In this document: positions 30,246-43,100 of the stretch, one piece after another
Layout: each line of letters begins with the position of its first letter
How positions within the stretch are numbered: position 1 is the stretch's first letter
Assembly (NCBI GenBank): GCA_009914755.4
Contig: CP068257.2
Coordinates: 416,001-480,000, forward strand
Origin: the human T2T-CHM13v2.0 reference genome, Homo sapiens
DNA: 64,000 bases
Direction of reading: 5' to 3'
Translations under genes and position numbers: made by a program
The notes under the pieces: model-generated
The model's database searches: none
The model's input: the letters and a program-made list of their open reading frames with translations, nothing else
Told to the model about the DNA's origin: nothing

Positions 30246-33200
30246 ATCCACTCCACTCCACTCCACTCCATTCCATTCCATTCCATTCCATTCCATTCCA
30301 TTCCATTCCATTCCATTCCATCTCATTCCATTCCATTCCATTCCATTCCATCTCATTCCATTCCATTCCCTTCCACTCAACTCCACTACATTCCACTCTA
30401 CTCCAGTCCACTACACTCCATTCTATTCCATTCCATTTCATTCCAATCCATTCCATTCCATTCTTTTATTTCGTCAGGAACTCACTCCGTCACCCAGGCT
30501 GGAGTGCAGTGGCACAATGTCAGCCCACATTTCATTTCAACGTGCCATTCGATTCCATTCCATTCCATTCCATTCCATTCCATTCCACACCACTCCACGA
30601 AACTCCACTCTACTCCACTCCACTGCATTCCTTTCCATTACATCCCATTCCATTCCTCTTCATTCCACTATACTCCACTACACTCCACTCTACTCCACCC
30701 CACTCCACCCCACTCCATTCCATTCCACTCTAATCTGTTCCATTCCTTTCTTTCGATAGGATCTCACCTGTCAACCAGGATGGAGTGCAGTGGCACAATC
30801 TCAGCTCACATTTCATTTAACCATTCTATTCCATTCTATTCCATTCCATTCAACTACACTCCTCTCCACTCCACTCCACTCCATTCCATTTGAATCCAAT
30901 CCACTCAACTCCTTTCCATCCCATCCCATTCCATTCCACTCCACTCCATTCCACTTCACTCCATTCCATTCCACTCCATCCCATCCCATTCCATTCCACT
31001 CCATTTCACTCCACTCCAATCCACTGCATTCTACGCCGTTCCATTCCATACCATTCCATTCTATTCCTTTCTGTCGACAAGATCTCACTCTGTCACCCAG
31101 GATGGATTGCAGTGTCATAATCTCAGCTATCATTTGATTTCATGATTCCTTTCCATTCCATTCCATTCCATTCCATTCCATTCCATTCCATTCCATTCCA
31201 TCCCTTCCCATTCCACTCCATTCCACTCCACTCCTCTCCATTACATTCCATTCCATTCCACTCCAATCCACTACATTCCACTCCACTCCACTCCATTCCA
31301 TCCCATTGAATTCCACTCAATTCCACTCCACTCCACTCCACACCACTTCTCTCCAATCAATTCCATTCCACTCCACCCCACTCCATTCCACTCGACTCCA
31401 CTCAAATCCAGTCCACTCCACTCCACTCCACCACACTCCATTCCATTTCATTCCACTCCATTCCATTCCATTCCTTTCTATTCCTTTCTTTCGACAGGAT
31501 CTCAATCTGTCACCCAGGCTGGCGCGGAGTGGCACTATCTCAGCTCACATTTAATTTCACCATTACATTCCATTGCATTCCATTCCATTATATTCCATTC
31601 AATTCCATTCCATCCCATTTCATTCCAGTCCTATGCACTCCACTCCACTCCACTGCACTCCATTCCATTCCACTCAATTCCATTCAATTCCATTCCACGC
31701 CACTCCAATCCACTCCACTCCATTCCATTCCATTCCACTATACTCCAATCCAATCCACTCCTCTCCACTCCACTCCACTGCATTCCATTCCATTCCATTC
31801 CATTCCATTCCATTCCATTCCATTCCATTCCATTCCATTCCATTCCTCTCTTATAAATTCCATTCCTTTCCTTCGACAGGATCTCACTTTGTCACCCAGG
31901 CTGGAGTGCAGTGGCACAGTCTCAGCTCATATTTCATTTCATCATTCCATTCAATACCATTCCATTCCTTTCCATTCCATTCTATTCCATTACACTAAAA
32001 TCCACTCTGCTCCACTCCACTCCATTCCATTGTATTCCATTCCATTCCACTCTACTCCACTCCTCTCCAACCCAATCCACTCCACTCCATCCCATTCCAT
32101 CCAATTCCATTACATTCCACCCCTCGTCCCTCCATTCCACTCCCCTCCACTTCATACCATTTGATTCCATCCCATTCCATTCCATTCCACTCCACTCCAC
32201 TCCGCTCCGCTTGGCTCCACTCCATTATATTCCAATCTATTCCATTCCATTCCTTACATTCGATCGGATCTCACTCTGTCACCCAGTCTGGAGTGCAGTG
32301 GCAGAATCTCAGTTCACATTTCATTTCACCATTCCATTCCATTCCATTCCATTCCATTCCATTCCATTCCATTCCATTCCACTCCACTCCACTCCACTCC
32401 ATTCCATTCCATTCCATTCCACTGCATTTCACTCCATGCCACTCCACTCACTGCACTCCATTCCATTCCACTCCATCCCATTGCATTCCACTCCATTCCA
32501 CTCCACACCACTCCACTCCACTTAGCTTCACTACCCTCCATTCCATTCCATTTCTTTCTTTTGACAGCATCTCACCCTGTCAACCAGACTGGCAGACAGT
32601 GGCACAAACTCAGTTCACGTTTCATTTCATTTCACCACTCCATTCCATTCTATTCCATTGCCTTCAATTCCATTGCATTCCACTGCATTCCATTCCATTG
32701 CACTCCACTCCATTCCACTCTACTCCACTCCAATCCACCTCATTCCATTACGCTGCATTCCACTCCAATCCACTCCACTCCATTCCATTCCATTCCATTA
32801 TAATTCAATCCCCTACATTCCATTAATTTCTTTTGACAGTATCTCATGCTGTCACATAGGCTGGAGTGCAGTGGCACTATCTCAGCTCACATTTAATTTC
32901 ACAATTCCATTCCATTCCATTCCATTGCATTCCATTGCATTCCATTCCATTGCATTCCATTGCATTCCATTCCATTGCAATCCATTCCATTCAATTCCAT
33001 TCCAAACCATTCCATTCCATTCCTGTGAACTCCAATCCACTCCACTCCACTGCATTCCATTCCATTCCATTCCATTCCATTCCATTCCATTCCACTCCTT
33101 TCCATTCCATTCCTTTCCTTCAACACAATCTCACTTTGTCACCCAGGCTGGAGTGCAGTGGCACAATCTCAGCTCATATTTCATTTCATCATTCCATTCT

Positions 33201-36200
33201 ATACCATTCCATTCCTTTCCATTCCATTCTACTCCATTACACTCCAATTCACTCTACTCCACTCCACTCCATTCCATTGCATTCCGTTCCATTCCACTCT
33301 ACTCCACTCCTCTCCACCCCACTCCACTCCACTCCATCCCATTCAATCCAGTTCCATTCCATTCCACTCCTCATCCCTCCACTCCACTCCACTACCCTCC
33401 ACTTCATACCATCCAATTCCATCCCATTCCATTCCATTCCGCTCCACTCCACTCCGCTCCGCTCCACTCTGCTCTGCTCTGCTCCACTCCACTCCACTCC
33501 ATTTCATTCCACTGTATTCCATTCCATTCCTTACGTTCGACAGGATCTCACTCTGTCACCCAGTCTGGAGCGCAGTGGCAGAATCTCAGCTCACATTTCA
33601 TTTCACTATTCCATTCCATTGCATTCCATTCCATTCCATTCCATTCCCCTCCACCCCTCTCCACTGCGCTCCACTCCACTCCATTCCATTACATTCCATT
33701 CCACTCAATTCCACTCCAGTCCACTCCATTCCATCCCACTCCATTCCACTCCACACCATTCCATTCCATCCCACTCCATTCCACTCCACACCATTCCATT
33801 CCATTCCACTCCATTCCACTCCATTCTGCTCCACTCCACTCCACTCCACTGCACTCCATTCCATTAAATTCCATCCCATTCCATTCCACTCCACATCAAT
33901 CCATGCATCTCCACTCCACTAAATTCCATTCCATACCATTCTTTCAACAGGATCTCACTCTGTCATCCAGGCTGGCGTGCAGTGGCACAAACTCAGCTCA
34001 CATTTCATTTAACCATTTAATTCCATTCCATTCCATTCCATTCCATTCCATTCCATTCCATTCCATTCCATACCATTCCATACCATTCCATTCCATTGTA
34101 TTCCACTCTACTCCACTCCAATCCACTCCACTCCACTCCACTCCACTCCATGTCATTTCCATCCATCCCATTCCATTCCACTCCATTCCACCCTACTCGA
34201 CTCAAATTCACTCCACCCCACTCCACTACAAGCCATTCCATTCCATCCCATTTCATTCCACTCCATTCCACTCGACTCCACTCCACTCCATTCAATTCCA
34301 TCCCATTCTATTCCATTCCTTTCTTTCGACGGGATCTCACTGTGTCAAAAAACGCTGGAACACAGTGGAACAATCTCAGCTCACATTTCATTTCACCATT
34401 CCTTTCCATTCCATTCCATTCCATTCCATTCCATTCCATTCCATTCCATTCCATTCCACTCCATTCCCCTCCACTCCACTCTACTCCCCTCCATTCCATT
34501 CCATTCCATTCCACTCCACTCTATTCCACTCCAATCCAGCAAATCCATTCCACCGCAATTCACTCCACTCCACTCCACTCCACTCCATTCCATTCCATCC
34601 CATTCCATTTCACTCCATTCCTCTCCACTCAAATCCACTCCACTCCATTCCATTCCACTCCATCCCATTCCTTTCCACTTCATTACGCTCCATTCCACTC
34701 CACTCAACTCCATTCCATTCCATTCCATTCCATTCCATTCCATTCCATTCTAATTCACTCCCTTACATTATATTAATTTATTTCAACAGGATCTCACTCT
34801 GTCACAGAGGCTGGAGTGCAGTGGCACTATCTCAGCTCACATTTAATTTCAGAATTCCATTCCACTGCATTCCATTCCATTGCATTCCATGGCATTTCAT
34901 TCCATTACATTCCATTCAATTCCATTTCATCCCATTCCAAGGCACGCCTGTGAACTCCACTCCACTGCATTCCATTCTAATCCATTCCATTCCACTCCAC
35001 TCCACTCCACTCTACTCCACTCCATTCCATTCCATTCCATCCCATTCCATTCCACTCCATTCCAATATACTGCACTCCACTACACTCTATTCCATTCCAT
35101 TGCATTCCAGTCCTTTCCATTCCATTCCTTTCTTTCAACAGGTTTTCACTCTGTCACCCATGCTGGAGTGCAGTGGCACAATCTCAGCTCATATTTCACT
35201 TCTTCATTCCATTCTATTCCATTCCATTGCTTTCCATTCCATTCAATTCGATTCCACTACATTCCATTCCACTCCACTCCACTCCTCTTCATTCGACTCC
35301 ACTCCATTCCATTCCATTAAATTCCACTCCATTCTACTCCATTCCTCTCCACCCAACTCCACTCCACTCCATTCAATTCCATCCAATTCCATACCACTCC
35401 ACTCCTCTCCCCAACACTCCACTCCACTCCCCTCCACTTCATTCCATTCGATTCCATCCCATTCCATTCCATTTGACTCCACTCCTCTCCACTCCATTCC
35501 ACTCCATTCCATTCCTTTCGTTTCCCCTCCATTCCATTCCACTCCACTCCACTCCATTCCATTCCATTCCATTCCACTCCATTCCGTTCCATTCCTCACA
35601 TTCGACAGGATGTCTCTCGGTCACCCAGTCTGGAGTGCAGTGGCAGAATCTCAGCTTACATTTCATTTCACTATTCCATTCCATTCCATTCCATTTCATT
35701 CCATTCCACTCCATTCCATTCCATTCCACTGCACTCCACTCCACTCCATTCCATTCCATTCCATTCCACGCCAGTCCACCCTATTCCACTCCAATCCACT
35801 CCATTCCATTCCACTCCATTCCACTCCACACCACTCCACTATAATCAACTCCACTCCACTCCATTCCATTCCATTACTTTCTTTTGATAGCATCTCAACC
35901 TGTCAACAAGACTGGCGGGCAGTGGCACAAACTCAGCTCACATTTCATTTCACCACTCCATTCCATTCTATTCCATTGCATTCCATTCTATTACATTCCA
36001 CTGCATTCCATTCCATTCCACTCCACTCCATTCCACTCTACTGCACTCCAGTCCATTCCACTCCACCTCACTCCATGGCATTCAATTCCATCCCATTCCA
36101 TTTCACTAAATTTCACTCTACTCCACTCCAATCCACTCCTCTCTACTCCACTCCATGCCATTCCTCTCCATCCCATTCCATTCCACTGCATTCCACTTGA

Positions 36201-39200
36201 CTCCACTCCACTTCACTGCATTCCATTCCATACAATTCCACTCCATTCCATTCCATTCCTTTCTTTCCGCAGGAGCTCACTCTGTCACAAAGGCTGGAGT
36301 GCAGCGGCACAATCTCAGCTCAAATTTCTTTTCACCATTCCATTGCATTCCATTCCATCCAATTCCATTCCACCCTATTTACCTCTAGTCCACTCCACTC
36401 CATTCCATTTCACTCCATCCCATTCCATTCGACTCCATTTCACTCCACTCCACTCCACTCCACTCCACTCCACTCCACTCCACTCCCCTCCACTCCATTC
36501 CATTCCATTCCATTTAACTCCATTGCATTCCATTCCTTTCTTTCAACAGGATATCACTGTGTCACCCAGGCTGGAGGGCAGTGGCACAATCACAGCTCAC
36601 ATTACATGTCAACTTTCCATTGCATTGCATTCCATTCCATTCAATTACATTCCATTCCACTTCATTCCACACCACTCCACGCCACTCTACTCCACTGCAT
36701 TCCATTACATCCGATTCCATTCCACTCAATTCCACTCCTCTCCACTCCACTGCACTCCACTACACTCCATTCCACTCCATCCCAATCCATTCGGCTCCAT
36801 TCCACTGAACCCCACTCTGTTCCATTCCATTGAACTCCACTCCTCTCAATTCCACTGAACTCCACTGCATCCCACTCCACTCCACTTCATTCCATTCCAT
36901 TCCATCCCATTCTATTCCTCGCCATTCCACTCCACTCCAGTCCACTCCATTCCATTGCACTGCATTCCATTCCATTCCTTCCTTTCGAGGGTATCTCACT
37001 CTGTGACCCAGCCTGGAGTACAGTGGCACAGTCTCAGCTCACATTTCGTTTCTCCACTCCATTCCATTCCACTCCATTCCATTCCACTCCAATCCAATCC
37101 ACTCCACTCCACTCCAATCCATGCCACTACACTCCACTCCTCTCCATTCCAGTGCACTCCACACCTGTCCATTCCATCCCATTCCATTCCACTCCTTTCC
37201 ACTCCACTCCATTCCATTCCATTCAACTCCACTCCATTCCATTCTTTCTTTTGACAGTATCTCACTCTGTCACTCAGACTGGTGTGCAGTGACACAAAAA
37301 CAGCTCACATTTCATTTCACGATTCCATTCCATTCCATTCCAATCCATTCCATTCCATTCCATTCCACTGCACTCCACTCCACTCCAATCAATTCCACTC
37401 CACTCCACTTCCATCCATTCCTTTCCATTCCATTCCAATCCCTTCCATTCCACTCCCTTTCCTTCGACAGGATCTCCCTCTGTCACACAGGCTGTAGTGC
37501 AGTGGCACAATCTCAGCACACATTTCTTTTCACCATTCCATTGCATTCCATTCCATTCCATTCCATTCCACTCCACTCCTCTCCACTCTTTTCCACTCGA
37601 CTCCACTCCATTCCGTTCCACTCTACTCCACTCCCCTCCATTTCATTCCATCCCATTCCATTCCACTCCTTTCCACTCCACTCCACTGAACTGCCTTCCA
37701 TTCCATTCCATGCCATTCCATTCCAATATTTTCTTTTGACAGGATCTCACTCTGTCACCGAGGCTGGAGTGCAGTGGCACAATCTCAGATCACATTTCAT
37801 TTCACCATTCCATTCCATTCCATTCCAATACATTCCATTCCATTCCATTCATTCCATTCTATTCCATTCCCCTCCATTCCGTTCCATTCCACTCCACTCC
37901 ACTCCATTTTATTCCATTCTACTCCATTCCATTGCATTCCTTTATTTCGAATGGATCTCACACTGTCAAAAAGACTGGAGTGTAGTGGCAAAATCTTAGC
38001 TCACATTTCATTTTTCCATTCCATTCCATTCCATTCCATTCCATTCCATTCCATTCCATTCCACTCGACTCCACTCCACTCCATTCCATTCCACTCCACT
38101 CCACTTCACTCCACTCCATTCCATTCCATTAAATTCCATTACATTCCAGTCCACTCCACTCCATGCCACCCCATTACACTCCACTCCACTCTACTCCATT
38201 CCACTCCACTCCTTTAGGTTACACTCCATTCCACTTCATGCCACTCCATTCCACTGCACTCCTCTCCACTCCCCTCCATTTTACTCCACTCCACTCCATT
38301 CCATTCCACTCCACTCCACTCCACTCCACTCCATTCCATTCCATTCCAATCCATTCCACTCCATTCTATTCCACTCGACTCCACTCCAATCCATTCCACT
38401 CCACTCCATTCCATTCCACTCCACTCGAATCCAGTCCACTCCACTCCATTCCATTCTATGACATTCCATTCCATTGCTTTATTTTGACTGGATCTCACTC
38501 TGTCACCCAGACTGGAGTGCAGTGGCACAATGTTAGCTCACATTTTACTTCACCATTCCATTCCATTCCATTCCATTCCACCCCATTCCGTTCCATTCTC
38601 TTCTTTCAACAGGATATCACTGTGTCAAAAAAGGCTGCAATACAGTGGCACAATCTCAGCTCACATTTTATTTCAGCATTCCATTATATTCCTTTCCTTT
38701 CCATTCCATTACATCCCACTCCACTCCATTCCATTCCACTCCAATCCCCTCCCCTCCCCTCCCCTCCCCTCCATTCCATTCCATACCATCCCATTCCATT
38801 GCATTCTACTCCATTCCACTACACTCCAATCAACTCCACTCCATTCCACTTCACTTCAATCCACTCCACTCCATTCCATTCCATCCCATTCCATTTCACT
38901 CCATTCCTCTCCACTCCACTCCATTAATTCCACTCAATCCTAGTGCATTCCACTCCATTCCACTCCATTCCACTCCATTCCACTCCATTCTATTCCATTC
39001 CTTTCCATTTCACTCCATTCCATTCCATTCCGTTCCTTTCTTTCGACAGGATCTCACTCTGTCACCCAGGCTGTAGTGCAGTGACACAATCTCAGCTCAT
39101 ATTTCATTTCCCCTTTCCATTTCTTTCCATTCCATTCCATTCTGTGCCATTCCACTCCACTCCACTCCACTCCACTCCACTCCACTCCATTCCAATCCAC

Positions 39201-40150
39201 TGCACTCCACTCCATTCCATTCCATTCCATTCCATTCCATTCCATTCAACCCCATTCCGTTCCATTCTCTTCTTTCAACAGGATATCACTGTGTCAAAAA
39301 AGGCTGCAATACAGTGGTACAATCTCAGCTCACATTTTATTTCAGCATTCCATTATATTCCTTTCCTTTCCATTCCATTCCATCCCACTCCACTCCATTC
39401 CATTCCACTCCAATCCCCTCCCCTCCCCTCCCCTCCATTCCGTTCCATACCATCCCATTCCATTGCATTCCACTCCATTCCACTCCACTCCAATCAACTC
39501 CACTCCATTCCATTTCACTTCAATCCACTCCACTCCATTCCATTCCATCCCATTCCATTTCACTCCATTCCTCTCCACTCCACTCCATTAATTCCACTCA
39601 ATCCTAGTCCATTCCTCTCCATTCCACTCCATTCCACTCCACTCCACTCCATTCTATTCCATTCCTTTCCATTTCACTCCATTCCATTCCATTCCATTCC
39701 TTTCTTTCGACAGGATCTCACTCTGTCACCCAGGCTGGAGTATGGTGGCACTATCTCAGTTCACATTTCATTTCACCATTGCATTCCATTCCATTGCATT
39801 CCATTCCATTCCAATCCATTCAATTCCATTCCATCCAATTCCATTCCACTCCTGTGAACTCCACTCCACTCCAATTCATTCCATTCCATTCCATTCCATT
39901 TCATTCCATTCCATTCCATTCCATTCCATACAATACCATTCCATTCCACTCCACTCCACTCCACTGCACTCCATCCCAATCCATTCCACTCCATTCCACT
40001 GTACTCCACTCCACTCCACTCCAATCCATTCCATTCCATTCCACACCTTTCCATTCCATTCCTTTCTTTCAACAGTATTTCACTCTTTCCAACAGGCTGC
40101 AGTGCAGTGCTACAATCTCAGCTCATATTTCACTTCATCATTCCATTCAA
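30246..40150. repeat. HSat3 sub-array A: pentamer blocks of 200-530 bp punctuated by ~55-bp Alu-derived segments (29 occurrences)
   Basis: A recurrent 'ttctttcgacaggatctcactctgtcacccaggctggagtgcagtggcacaatctcagctcacatttcatttcaccattcc' and variants appear at ~30478, 30765, 31090, 31505, 31885, 32275, 32575, 32845, 33135, 33555, 33955, 34335, 34800, 35150, 35615, 35900, 36275, 36560, 36990, 37265, 37470, 37750, 37960, 38490, 38615, 39060, 39285, 39725 and 40085. The core equals the Alu right-arm 3' segment in reverse orientation ('ctcgctctgtcgcccaggctggagtgcagtggcgcgatctcggctcactgcaac'). Confidence 0.85.
31505..36270. repeat. Higher-order repeat inside HSat3 sub-array A: insert variants recur in fixed order c-d-e-f for three copies (period ~1.3-2.0 kb)
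   Basis: Variant c ('ggcactatctcagctcacatttaatttca') sits at 31505, 32845 and 34800. Variant d ('ctcagctcatatttcatttcatcattcc', ORFs starting MAQSQLIFHFIIPF) sits at 31885, 33135 and 35150. Variant e ('cccagtctggag.gcagtggcagaatctcag') sits at 32275, 33555 and 35615. Variant f ('cagtggcacaaactcag') sits at 32575, 33955 and 35900. The third copy carries an extra 'gtcaaaaaa' subunit at 34335. Hand-aligned. Confidence 0.55.
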
Positions 40151-43100
40151 TTCCATTCCACTACATTCCATTCCACTCCACTGCACTCCACTCCACTCCC
40201 CTCGACTCCATTCCATTGAATTTCATTCCATTCCACTTCACTATACTCCACTCCTCTCCATCCCACTCCACTCCTCTCCATCCCACTCCACTCCACTCCA
40301 TTCAATTCCATCGAATTCCATGCCACTCCACTCCTCTCCCCAACCCTCCACTCCACTCCCCTCCACTTCATTCCATTCGATTCCATCCCATTCCATTCCA
40401 TTCCATTCCAATCGCGTCCACTCTTCTTCACTCCACTCCATTCCATTCCACTCCACTCCACTTAATTCCACTCCATTCCTCTCCACTCCATTCCATTCCA
40501 CTCTACTCCAATCCACTCCACTACACTCCACACCATTCCATTCCAGTACACTCCATTCCATTCCATTCCATTCCATTCCAATCCACTCCTCTCAATTCCA
40601 CTTCACTCCATTCCACTTCACTCCATTCCATTCCACTCCACTCCACTAAATTCCACTCCATTCCTCTCCATTCCATTCCATTCCACTCCATTCTACTCCA
40701 CTGCCCTCAATCCCACTACACTCCAGTCCATTCCACTCCTCTTCACTGCACTCCAGTCCATTCCACTATACTGCCTTCCATTTCATTCCATTAAACTCTA
40801 TTCCACCAATTCCGTACCCTTCCATTCCATTCCAATCCACTGCACTCCAATCCATTCCACTCTCTCAATTTCAGTCCACTCCATTCCACTGCACTCCACT
40901 CCACTTCGTTCCATTGCATTCCATTCCATTCCATTCCACTCCACTTCTTTCCATTCCACTGCACTCCATTCCATTCCACTCCATTCCTTTCCATTCCATT
41001 CCATTCCATTCCATTCCATTCCATTCCATTCCATTCCACTCAACTCCGTTCCAATCCATGCCATTCCATTCCATTCTACTCCACTCCACTCAATTCCACT
41101 CCACTCCATTTAATTCAATTCCATTAAATTCTTTTCCAGTCACTCCGTTCCGCTCCACTCCACTCCACTCCATTCCATTCCACTCTACTCCATTCTACTC
41201 CAGTCCATTGCATTCCACTCCACACCACTCTACTCCACTCCACTCCTCTCCACGCCATTCATTTCCATTCCATTCCATTCCTTTCCACTCCATTCTATTC
41301 CACTCCCCTACCTCCATTTTATTCCACTCCACTGCATTCCACTACTTTCATTCCCCTCCATTCCATCTCATTCCATTCCATTCCATTTCATTCCATTTCA
41401 CTCCACTCTATTCCACTGCACTCCATTCTACTCCACTCCACAGCACTCCACTCCATTCCACTCTATTCTGTTTCACTATACTGCATTTCCTTCCACTCCA
41501 TTCCACTCCACTCCACTCCATTCCACTCCACTCCACTCCATTTCACTCCACTCCATTCCATTCTACTCAACTCCATTCCACTCCCCTCCACTCCATTCCA
41601 TTCAATTCCATTCCATTGCACTCCATTCCATACCACTCCACTCCATTCAATTCCAGTCCATTTCATTACACTCCATTACACTCCATTCCATTCCACTCCA
41701 CTCCACTCCAATCCACTCCTTTCCATTCCATTCCATGCCTTTCCGTTCCACTTCATTCCATTCCATTCCATTCCTTTCCACACCAATCCATTCCCCCCAC
41801 TCCATTCCTTTCCAGTCCACGCCTTTCCATTCCACTCTATTCCACTCCACACTACTCCATTCCACTGTACCCAATTCCATTCCATTCCACTCCATTCCAC
41901 ACAACTCAACTCCATTCCACTCCACTCCACTCCATTCCATTCCACTCCACTCCATTCTATTCCATTCCACTCCATTCCATTCCATTCCCCTCACTCCATT
42001 TCTTTCCACTCCTTTAGACTTCAGGTCATTTCCTTCCACAACATTCAACTCTGTTCCACTCCATTCCACTCCTTTCCATTCCACTACATCCCCCTCCATT
42101 GCATTCCATTCTGCCCCATTGCATTCCACTCCACAACATTCCACCCCATTCCACTCCATTCCATTCCAATCCACTTCACTCCACTCTACTTGACTCCACT
42201 GCAATCGATTATATTCCATTCCTTGCCCATCCATTCCTTTCCATTCAACTCTATCCATTCCACTCCTCTCCACTCCATTCCACTCCACTCCATTCCATTC
42301 CACTAAACTCCATTCCATTGCACTCCGTTCCATTCCGTTCAACTCCATTCCATTCCACTCCAATCCATTCCATTATACTCCACTCCATTGCCCTCCATTA
42401 AACTTCATTCCTATACATTCCATTCCTTTACATTCCATTTCATTCTGCGCCACTCCATTCCATTCCACTCCATTCCATTCCACTCCACTCCTCTCCACTC
42501 CTCTCCTTTTCACTCCATGCCATTCCATTCCTCTCTACTACATTCCATTCCACTCCGTTCCACTCCACTCCACTCCATTCCATTCCATTCCATTAATTCC
42601 CATTTGATTCCACTCCATTCCATTCCATTCAATTCCACGGCACTCCAATTCATTCCACTCCATTCTGTTCCATTCCACTCCACTCCACTCCATTTAATTT
42701 CATTACATTCCCCTCCCTTCCATTCCATTGCATTCCACTAAACTCCATTCCATTGCATTCCACTCCACTCCACTCCATTTCATTTCATTCCACTAAATTC
42801 CATTCCATTTTACTCCTTTCCACTCCACTCCACCCCGTTCCATTCCACTCCACTCCACTCTACTCCACTCCACTCCATTCTACTCCATTCCACTCCATTC
42901 CATTCCATTCCACTCCATTCCATTCCTTTCCACTCTATTTCATTCCAATCCTTTCCATTCCACTCCACTTTATTCAATTCCACTCCACTTCACTTCATTC
43001 CATTCCATCCCACACCATTCCTCTCCACTCCATTTTATTCCTCTCCATTCCACGCCACTCCAATCTACTCCACTCCAATCTACTCCACTCCACTCCAACC

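Noticed and set aside
38748-38769. The (CCCCT)4 tract 'cccctcccctcccctcccctcc', also at 39412-39433, as a possible i-motif or G4 regulatory element.
   Set aside because: It is just a variant pentamer run (ATTCC to CCCCT) inside the 670-bp duplicated HSat3 block. It occurs twice only because the block is duplicated.
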